DNA of 64,000 bases from the human T2T-CHM13v2.0 reference genome, Homo sapiens, in the NCBI RefSeq assembly GCF_009914755.1, contig NC_060928.1. One strand, given 5' to 3'. The notes beneath the pieces were generated by a model that saw only the letters and a program-made list of their open reading frames with translations, was not told where the DNA came from and ran no database searches. Each line of letters begins with the position of its first letter. Position 1 is the first letter of the stretch. Made by a program: the position numbers and the translations under genes. Of the stretch, positions 28,804 to 40,722 are shown in pieces.

Positions 28804-29623
28804 TCAGACAGTCTCTGCTCTTTCTCTCAGTCCGAGATAGGCCAGGAAGGAGTGTTTGGGTGAGGGGATGCTGGGAGGCGCAGTCTGAGGTCGGGGAGGG
28901 TGGAATGTGAGATCCAAGTGGTTCTTGGGGTATAACATTGTCAAGGGAATGAGATGGGCAAAATCTGAGTTCCGGTACTTGTCAAAGCGCAAAGGGGAGC
29001 CGTTGAAGGCCAAAGCCTTGAGTGCCAGGTTGGGCTCTGAGCTGCTGCCGTGGGCTGCCGACAGGGCCACGGTCTGCAGAGCCTGGGAGGCAGACATAAC
29101 TGACAGGGGAGACAGGAGATTCCGGGAGCTCCCGACCACCAGGAGCGGGGCCCCCGGGCCGGCCGGTTCCTTGGGGGCTGGACACAGGCCCTTCTTGTCC
29201 TCCTCGGGGCAGTCCCCACTCTGGTGCTTCTTGACGTGGCGGCTGAAGACGAAAGGGTGTGTGGTCTTGAACAGGCACTCTTCGCAGCTGAAGGTCTGGC
29301 GTGGGGCGTGCTTCAGCTTCTTGTGCAGGTTGAGATTGTCCTTGCGCTTGCAGCTGTAGCTGCACTGGTCACAGTGGAAGGGCCGCTCCCCGGTGTGGAC
29401 GCGCACGTGCTCGATGAGCTTGTTGGCGGTCTTGGACAGGTAGCCGCACTGGTCGCACTTGTAGTGGTTGCCCAGGCGGTGCTCCCGGGTGTGCGTCTCC
29501 AGCTCCAGCTGGTTGGCCTTCACCGTCTGGCAGATCCGGCACTTGTACTCCATCTTGTAGTGGGTCTTGAGGTGGCACTCCATGGCAGCGGGGCGGTTGG
29601 TGGAATAAATGCAGAATGGGCAC
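28804..29623 (-). CDS. ZNF827: ZNF827 terminal exon open frame: 272 codons with 5 C2H2 fingers plus tail (long isoform)
   Basis: Acceptor gctttccccggcag|G at 29623. The upstream exon ends in phase 2 (AA), giving AAG TGC CCA TTC TGC (K-C-P-F-C). There are five C-x2-C-x12-H-x3/4-H units, a TGERP linker and strong third-position GC bias. TGA at 28804-28806. Confidence 0.85.
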
Positions 29624-31114
29624 CTGCCGGGGAAAGCAACGCAAGGGAGGTTCAGCCGGGAAGGTTCGGAGGCAGCCGCGCTTCTCGCCGCCTCACCAGC
29701 CTTCCCTCACACCACCCCCCAGTGTCTGAGGCCTGGCCTGCCCAGCCCAGCCCAGCCCTGCCGCCTCTCAGGGGTGGAACGGCCCTTTTTGGCTCTCCCT
29801 GCTGACAGAGCAGTCCCCGCTGACAAGCAGCTCTGGCAAGGTCCGCTCAGCCTATTCTGGGTCTCTTGGCCGATACAGGCAAGGCCAGCCCTCACCAAGG
29901 GGAGCAGAGAAAGTGCCAGGAATCAATTTGCTGGTGCTCCCCTCCAGCCCCCGCCCGGCCCCTCGGAGCCCTCCCCACTCCCGACCAGACAGCGCAGAGG
30001 TCTAAACCTCCTGACCTCCCCTCTAGATGGGAGCAACACAAAGAATCGACTTTTCATGCACCACACCAAGCACACGCAGAAAGGCTAAGAGGTTTTAAAG
30101 AACAGCTTATAGGGGGAGCGCTACCTCCAGCAAACAGAAAGTCACAGGGGTCAGAATCGTGCTTATTAAGGGTTTGTTAGGATGAGAAGGCCTGTGTGTG
30201 TCTCTCTGTGTGAGTGTGTGCATGTGTACATATCTATGTACTCGTAAAACATATCTCCCTACAGGACTAGCTCTTTGTCAGGAAAGGAAGCTGAGGACTA
30301 TGGCAGGGGCATGGGAGGAGAAGGAAGCCCACCCAACGGCCCATCTGCTAATGAGGAAGGGAGGAGGGAGGGAGACAACTGCTATCTGGAGCTCGAAGAC
30401 ATTATTAATACATGATTATGCCGGAGATAGGATAATAATCCAACTGGATTGGAAATTCTCAGAGGGCAGGACCATATCTTACATTTCCTCTGCATTCTCT
30501 GCAGTGCTTGGTAGAGTACTTAACACACGGTAAGCACTCAGGACATACTGGTTCATTATTTGAGTGGTCTCTACAGGCAATTTAGGTAGATTCTGGAAGG
30601 GCGGATGCTGGTCCCAGCTCCATCACCTTGTCAGGCTGGAGCTGGACACCCTAGCCTGGGCCTCTCTGTGGCTCGGTTTCTCCATCCTTTGCAGTGAGGC
30701 TACGCTACCACCAACCCTCCTGGCTGTCCAGAGGGGCCACGAGGAGTGGTGAGGCCATGTTAACAAACTCTGCTGAGCCTCTCTTTTAGAAGCTGCCAGG
30801 CTGGAGTCAGTGGCTTATATGAGAACTGTAGTGTGTTTGCTCTCTTTCCACAAAGAATGCAGATGCAAAAGTGGCTGCCTCAGCTCTTGCTTGGCTCCTG
30901 CAGGGCAGGGCTCAGGAGTGGACTGTCCTCGGAGGGTCTGGAGAGGTGTTCAGCAGAGCCCAACACAACCAAGTGCACCGTGCACGGCCTCCTCAGCGCC
31001 AAGCTCGCCGTTAGCCTTTGAACCTCAGCTCACAGAAGAGTGCACACGAGAGAAATATAAAGCCCATTCCCAGGTCAGGTGCACACACAACCCCTACGCC
31101 AAGCTGGGCCTTAC

Positions 31115-31147
31115 CTAGAGGAGTCTGAAACTCACCACTGTCCTGAG
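31115..31147 (-). CDS. ZNF827: ZNF827 small cassette exon (33 nt, NSGQW*; or 12 nt using an internal donor)
   Basis: Acceptor attatttttcttttgccgtag|C at 31147. Donors TG|gtgagt (exon end 31136) and AG|gtaagg (exon end 31115). TGA at 31132-31134. The peptide matches a recalled ZNF827 isoform end. Confidence 0.8.
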   Translation of the reverse strand, partial: LRTVVSFRLL

Positions 31148-31426
31148 CTACGGCAAAAGAAAAATAATAGTATAATCTTATTTGATCTGCATTATGAACA
31201 GGATATAGAGTACAAGCAGTTCCATCACAGAAAAGCAATTTAGACATCAGCAGTCTGTTTCATTTTAAGGACATTTCTGTGACCCACAGCTCAATCTTTC
31301 TTTCACTGCTCAGGCAAAGTGCTAAGGGTTTTCCGTGCTCCCGTTATTTTCTTAAAGACACTCTCTCAGGCAAATTAATTCTCTGATATGGCAAAGGAAA
31401 CAAAACAAAACAAAACAAAGACTCAC

Positions 31427-31493
31427 TGTATAGCCAGAAGGCATTATCAATTTTTTCAAAGTATTCTTCTACTTGGTCATCCTAGAACATAAA
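31427..31493 (-). CDS. ZNF827: ZNF827 alternative stop-containing cassette exon (NLCSRMTK*; coding 31469-31493)
   Basis: Branch-point-like TGCTAAC, then cgtcccctgtgtaatag|T. The phase-2 join gives AAT TTA TGT TCT AGG ATG ACC AAG TAG. Donor ACA|gtgagt follows 31427. The peptide matches a recalled ZNF827 isoform end. Confidence 0.75.
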
Positions 31494-33012
31494 CTATTAC
31501 ACAGGGGACGGTTAGCACCGCACGGGAAGTGTCTGTACCAGCAAAAGCATCAGAATTCACTGTGCATTCTCCCCAATGGCTTCAGAGGCTGGGGACTTTG
31601 GAGGTCCCTGAGGAAAGGCGAACTGGCAAAGCCACAACTGGCAGGGGCTGCAATGTTCATGGGTGTGACTGGGCTACTGGGAAGGGCAGTGAGCACTGGT
31701 CCAACCACAGAAAAACATGGTTCTGGTGTTTCTCTTTTTAAAATGAGAGCACACAAATATTTATAAAGGGACAGTGGGAACAAACCAAATCAAATCCCCA
31801 AATAAGCTCTTCCTAGGCATTTCCCATCTACTGGTTTCCTTGAATTATAATCACCCCCTCCCCAATCCCTTCTGCCCTCCCCTCCCCCTCCCCCAAGAGT
31901 GAAACGAAATGGAGTTCAACGGAGGTCCTGTTGTTCCCTGACTCTTCTATGTGGGGGAGTTTTTGAGGAGGCAGGGGCCTGGGGGGACCCAACCTGCACT
32001 GACCCCAACACTCCACTCCCAGGGTCTTTTCCATCTCTCCCTTCCTCACCCATCTAGGGGAGTCATGCCACCTCTCTGGCAGGTTGTGCGTTTCAATGAC
32101 GAACATGTTTTAAAACAAAAGGTTTTTTCCCCCTTGTGTTAAGTAAAATGTAATTTTTCATTCAACATGATCGTTTAGCTGAGAATTAGTAATTATGCCT
32201 TGAAAACTGTGTCTTTCTGTGTCCTCCTACCTGTGCTGCTTTCTCTTTACCAGACCCTAAGTGCCTTGTGAACAGGGACTCTGATTTCACTGTGCAGATG
32301 AGGTAGTACTAGGACATACATTTCTTGAGGGTGGAAATGGTGTTTTATTCCTGTGTGCCTGTTGGCACCTGTTATCAAGCCAGACACACAGTACGTTTGA
32401 TATTAGTTGATTGGTCTCACTTGAGACCAAAGGGCCTCTTGAAAATACTGGTTAAAGATGATGCTCGTTGTCTAGATCTTGGGAAGAAGACATCAGTATG
32501 TTTGCAGGAGGATCATGAAGCACATGATCGTTGCATGAAAAATGTTGCTTCCTGCCTGTTCAAACTGTCCAATTTTGGAGGGTGGGGTGGTTGCAATGCT
32601 TACTTAAAGGATATGTAGCAAGCCATCGGAAAAACAGAGAAGGTGAATCTCGGTCACAGTATGATTTATGCTTGGGGACACTAAGCCCTGAGTCCATTAA
32701 AATCAAGTCTGAACAAAACTCAAGCAGTGTAGTCTATTCTTGCATGCTGGGTTGTTTCAACATGTCTTTTTTCTTGCCCTGAATCCCGGGGTATTTGCAA
32801 AATGGATTCTCCTACTGACATCTGTTGACACCCTAGGGGGACAGGTCTAATTCAATCCAGCTAAAGGCAGCAGGGGTTCCTGACTAACTCCTCTCATACC
32901 AAGCTCCCCTTCTCCATGACTCCCAAAACCTTCACGGGAAGGGACGGGGTAGGGAAGGGGAAAGGGTATTTAATAACAACGCAGTAAAAGGTTCTGTACT
33001 TGCTTTCCTTAC

Positions 33013-33190
33013 TTGAGCCCACCGGTGGGGACAGTGTGGCATTTCTTATGCTCCAGCAGCTGTTCGGGGGTCTTCATGAACTTGTGGCACACATCACACT
33101 CAAACATCCGGGTGATGAGGTGTATCTGCAGATGACGCTCAAACATGTTCTTCGTCTTGCAGACAAAGTTGCAAAAAACACATTCGAACC
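33013..33190 (-). CDS. ZNF827: ZNF827 exon with two C2H2 fingers (GFECVFCNFVCK...HKKCHTVPTGGL)
   Basis: ccttgcag|GG acceptor, AA|gtaagg donor; 178 nt, phase 1 to 2. Confidence 0.95.
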
Positions 33191-33571
33191 CTGCAAGGAC
33201 CGAAGCTGGGTATAGAGGTGCACAGGGCAGCGGGGAGAGGAGGGCAGGAGTGGAGCCAAGCTCCTCCCCACTTCCTCCTGCCTCCTCCGACGCCTGACAG
33301 CTATACCCTTCCAGGCACTGTTCCCCATATCTCTGTGCTAAAAGGAGTTAAATGTACAAACATCGGAATCAATGTCACCCTCCCCATCCTTCCACCCCAT
33401 ACTCGGATTCAAATTAAGCCAAAAGAAATACAAACTTTAGGTGAGGCCCAGCATACTGCATCCTGGGCCTATTATCAGTTTTTGACATCGCTCCTGTGCA
33501 GGGCTTATTCTCAAGAATGGGTCATCCTGGGTGCGGAGGGTTGAGCAGGCTCACACCCACCTCCTCCTTAC

Positions 33572-33763
33572 CTTTCTCTGGCTTTTCCTCACTGTTCAGT
33601 GAGGGCTGGCTCCCAGGCATGACAGAGATGACCAGCAGATTGTTCCCGCCCTTGTTTTTCTGGGAGCCATCTGAATCATCTTTGCTGTTGGCTGAATCAC
33701 TCAGAGCTGAGAGGGAGGATGAAGAGGGGCTATTTGATTCGCTGGGGGTCTTCCTGTCTTCCC
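33572..33763 (-). CDS. ZNF827: ZNF827 exon, Ser-rich linker (GEDRKTPSESNSPSSS...EEKPEK)
   Basis: tttttcag|GG acceptor, AAG|gtaagg donor; 192 nt, phase 1 to 1, open frame. Confidence 0.93.
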
Positions 33764-34019
33764 CTGAAAAATAAGCAAATAACCCAGTCTGTTAATGAGA
33801 TGAAAATCCTCAGAATTATAGCAACTGAGGGTGACGAGTTGAGTCTCATGGATGCATCATCATTCTGGGGGCACAGGCTCATGTCCCCAGCTCCCCCACT
33901 GCTGGGGGATCCCAGGTCCTAAGGCACCTACCTCCTTTGTGGTACTGGGGGCCAAGAGCAGGCATTCATTAATTTGACAAGTGTTTATTAAGGTCTTACA
34001 TGAATTAAAATAAAACGAC

Positions 34020-34250
34020 AGTAATAGCTAAGACATACTAAACATGTTACCACGTTCCAGGAACTGTATTATACTTTAAATTATCTCATTTTGTTTTTTC
34101 AAAAATCCTATGTGGCACAACTGTTATCAGCCCCATTTTACGATGAGGGAATGGAGTCACAGAAAGGTTAATCTGGCCTAGATCATATGGCTGGGAAGTG
34201 GTGGAGAAGAGGTTTGAGTTCGTCTGACTCCAGGGTCCATGCTCTTCATC
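34020..34250. mobile_element. MIR SINE
   Basis: MIR core ccccattttacgatgagggaatggagtcacagaaaggttaa. Confidence 0.7.
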
Positions 34251-34319
34251 AGTACTCGGGACCCTCTCCCTCAAAGCCAGATACAAACAAGTCAGCAGAC
34301 CATTAAAATCTAGTGTCAG

Positions 34320-36620
<2,301 letters not shown>

Positions 36621-36732
36621 GGTTAGGGGGGAAAATATAGGGAGACTGTTCTTCAATTATCTTCAAATCAGTTCATTAAGCAATCTAGTAACTGTAAATG
36701 TTAGAACCTAACTTCCTTTATTAGGAGATTAA

Positions 36733-36882
36733 ATTAGCCAGGTGTGGTGGCATATGCCTGTAATCCCAGCTACTTGGGAGGGTGAGGCAGGAGAATCGCT
36801 TGAACCCATGGAGGCGGAGTTTGTGGTGAGTGGAGATGGCACCATTGTACTCCAGCCTGGGTGACAGAGCAAGACTCCGTCT

Positions 36883-36958
<76 letters not shown>
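36733..36958 (+). mobile_element. 5'-truncated Alu (right monomer) with long poly(A) and (TA)n
   Basis: Begins at attagccaggtgtggtgg and ends in a long A run followed by (TA)n. Confidence 0.92.
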
Positions 36959-36964
<6 letters not shown>

Positions 36965-38061
36965 GGTATACAAAGTTTGGAAATAGAGCTGTAATGGTGG
37001 GTTACATCTAGAGTGTAAAATTATTGGTGTCATGTTTGTTTACTTTTATTCCATTTTCAAAATTTTCTAGAGTGACCATATTTTTAAAAGTTTTTAAAAA
37101 GAGAAAGGAAGAAATATGTACCCACTTACAATGTTTTCAAATCCTTTTCCTGTCAGAACTGCACTTAGGGTCCAGGGCAGACAACTCTTACTTCAGTTCA
37201 CAATTTTAAAAATCTTGCTCCTATTAGAACTGCAAGTATGTGACCTCAGTCACTGACCATGAGGAGCAATGGTATATGACTTTAGACTACAGACTTCTCT
37301 CTTGGTACAAGAAAGCTATGTGACAACTAGTACCATTATTGCCATTTGCTTATCAGTATATATTTAACCAGCTTAGTTACATTTTCTAGGTAGAACATTT
37401 TTAGCGGAGACCCTGAATCCCTGATACTGCAACTCCATCTTCTAATATTCACCTGTTGCAAGTGATTCTTTTAAATTCATTTTTAGAATTAAAACATATT
37501 AATTTCAACTACCATCTCTAAACATAGATTCAAGTACCCTTAGGCTTAAGGCACCAGGCAGAAATACCTAAATTAATAAATGTATAAAGATACAATGTGC
37601 TGTGCCAGCCACTCTGTGATGCAGCCCAGCTTGCTCAATGTGTAATCCCTAGTCCAAACAGCCTCTCCTGTTTCTGTCCTCATCTTGTTTTGCTATGTCT
37701 GTGGAAAGAGCCAGGGTGCCCTTGCCAGCCAAGTCCAAGGCTAACTGTGACCCAAGTGGTCATTTACCTTCTTCAGCATCGCAAAGATCTTGGTGAAGGA
37801 CACCTGTGCACAGGTGATGCAACTTCACACATTAGGACAACCAGCTGAAGAGAACTTAAAAAACAAAACAAAACCCCTAAATATTGCACAATTTTAAACA
37901 GCACAAATTAGGAAATTGAAACCATAAAAAAAATTACCAATCATCTTGCTTCCTCAATACAGACACTGTTACATTTTAGAGTACTTTTCATTCTTAACAA
38001 AGTAAGCACTTCTACTTTTAAATTGTTTCCATTAAGGTTAAGAATAAAGACTCTAGATCCA

Positions 38062-38348
38062 GGCTGGGTGCCGTGGCTCACGCCTGTAATCCCAGCACTT
38101 TGGGAGGCTGAGGTGGGTGAATTGCCTGAGGCCAGGAGTTTGAGACCAGCCTGGCCAAATGGCAAAACCCCATCTCTACTAAAAATACCAAAAAATAAGC
38201 TGGGCGTGGTGCCCCATGCCTATGATCCCAGCTACTCAGGGGGCTGAGACACGAAAATTGCTTGAACTTGAGAGGTGGAGGTTGCAGTGAGCCAAGATCA
38301 CGCCACTTCACTCCAGCCTCGGCAACAGAGTGAGACCCTGTCTTAAAA

Positions 38349-38379
<31 letters not shown>

Positions 38380-38385
38380 AAAAAA
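38062..38385 (+). mobile_element. Alu with (TAAA)n tail, adjacent to a MIR
   Basis: Full dimer; tagatc on both flanks; MIR-like core follows (ctcatctataaaatggggatgat). Confidence 0.93.
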
Positions 38386-40505
38386 TAGATCAGAACATGT
38401 GAGTTTGAATCTCACTTCTACCACTTAGTAGCTGTATTATTTTGAACAAGACACTTAACTTTGTGCCTCAATTATCTCATCTATAAAATGGGGATGATAT
38501 CAGCACTTGCCTCATATGGTGGTTGTGATACTTAAATAGGTTTTTATATGTAAATCATTAAGAACAATGTCTGGATCATGGTAAGCATTATAGAAAATAT
38601 TATTATTCTATTATAAAACATACATAATAAAATATAATAATAATGATAACTAATACTTTGTATTTTCCCATGCTATTTTAGATATTTGTACAGAGTTGGC
38701 TCTCAAAAAATTCTTGAAAATATTTGCATTGTTTTAAATGATTGTATTATATCCATGGAGGGGATTATTCTACTTAAATAGTACCTTAAAATTAAATTTA
38801 AAGGTAAAATTAATATTTCACTAATTGAATATTTTCCCATGAATAAATTCCCAGAGATGGGATTACTGGGTCACAGGGCATTACATTTTAAGCCTCTTGG
38901 TATATACAGCTTAATTAGTTTCCAAGGAGTTTTACAACTCCGCAGGGCAACAGCAATGTGAGTACCAGCATCATCCCAGCAACAGTGAGTATTAATATCA
39001 AATGTTCTCCTAACTTAACAGGTGGAATATAAGCCTCGAGTTTTAGCTGTATGTGTTTCCTTATGGTAAGTGGTTAGCTTTTATTTCCTTCATTGTGAAT
39101 TGACTGCTCATGTCCTCATATCCTTTGCTAATTCTTCAATTAGAGGCCTAAAGGTTTTCTTAACAGTTTATAGGAATACTCTATGTAGTAAATATATTAA
39201 CCTTTTGTCATTTTTGTAAACACATTTTTTCAGACCCAGGTTTTGGTTTTGCTTCTCTTTTTCTGTTATTTTGCAAACTGAAGAAATTTTTATGTGTCAG
39301 ATCTCTCGATTGTTTTCATTTGTGCTTTATTTTATCACTTAAGCTTTTACAAATCCTTCTAGCTCTGGAAGCTTGATAAATATTCTATTTTCTTCAGGCT
39401 TTTCTAGGGCTGATTTGTTAATAGGGATTCTGTAAGTTATCTGGAATTTATTTTGGTGTCAATGTGAGGTGAGGTATTGATAGTTGTATTTTCCAAATAG
39501 CCATTCAGATTCCTCAATGCCATTTATTGCAACATTTAGAAATTGCAGCAAAATTTGCACTGAAGAAGTCACAAGCACCAAAGGGGATATTTTCCCCTTG
39601 TTGATATTCTCTGCAGGGACAAGACGCCAGACAGTGGGAGAAAGAAGGTGAGGAGGGATCACTAAGCGGAAATGCCTAATGAGAGGACAGTTCCTCAGGT
39701 ATCCCTTTAACATAACCACTCACAGGCATGCCTGGAGTAACACCAACCCATAAGAAAATGTGAGAAAGCATGGGTTCTGTAGGAGACTAAACAAAATGCG
39801 TGCTGTTGATTAGAGCTTATCCTGTAGATCACAACTTCACTTAGGTAACAAGATAGCGTGGCAGATTTCCTAAGGTACTGAAATAATAGGGGCCTTTTCC
39901 TAAGACAGGAAAATCAAATTAGAGAACAAGGCTCATAAAATTAGAGAATCTTAGGCCTAAGGGCATCTTCTGCGCATCTGAAAATATAGGGAACAGATGG
40001 AGGTCCAGAGAAGTTAACTGAGGTCCTACATTCACAATACTACTTATGGTACCATAGGGTCTAGAACCTGGATCGAGAATTCAGTGTGTGCTTTCCTCCA
40101 TGCCAAGTAACTTCCACATAGATTACAGAAATAAGTCACTAGGACTCTAAGGTTCAAGCAAGGGCCACATCTGAATAGTTTTCTTACTTAGCATGCACAA
40201 ATGTGCACAGATGAGCTTGCACACAAATATATTCATTCACTGAAGGTACATTGATTCCCCACTTGTACTGTGTAGGGCCTGCTCCAGGTGCTGAGATACA
40301 GCAGTGACTTAGATAAGCTCCCTGTTCTTGGGAATATATACTGCTATATATGTCATATAACATATATATTGCTTTATACCCTAACTTTGCAATAGTCCAA
40401 CTTACTAATTTACAGATTTAGATTGATCTATTTTGGGTCAAACTGAAACATCTCAAAACTATACTAAATACAGGAAACCCTTGCTGTGAGACCATTAGCT
40501 TATAA

Positions 40506-40722
40506 TGGGGGTCAGCAAACTACAGTCCTTGGGCTCAAATGAGCCTCCTGTTTTTATAAATAAAGTTTTATTGGAACATGGCCATGCCCACTCATTTGCA
40601 TATTGTCTACGACTACTTTCAAGTTTCAACAGCCGAGTTGAGTAGTAGTGACAGAAACTGTATGACCTGAAAGCCTAAAATATTTACTATTTGCCCCTTT
40701 GAAAAAAGCTTGCAGGACCCTG
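40506..40722 (+). mobile_element. MER58A-like hAT-Charlie non-autonomous DNA transposon
   Basis: Terminal inverted repeats (ggggtcagcaaact...agcttgcaggaccctg) and a perfect 8-bp TSD gcttataa at 40498-40505 and 40723-40730. Confidence 0.88.

Noticed and set aside
28807-28818. C-terminal AETV as a class I PDZ ligand
   Set aside because: Class I needs S/T at position -2. Here position -2 is Glu, and the protein is nuclear.
28907-30180. Antisense and alternative-frame ORFs (150, 193 and 159 aa) over the ZNF827 terminal exon
   Set aside because: These are shadows of the GC3-biased coding frame and GC-rich intron.
31132-31134. In-frame UGA as selenocysteine
   Set aside because: I could not identify a SECIS element by eye, the position is not a Cys-equivalent, and alternative splicing explains the arrangement more simply.
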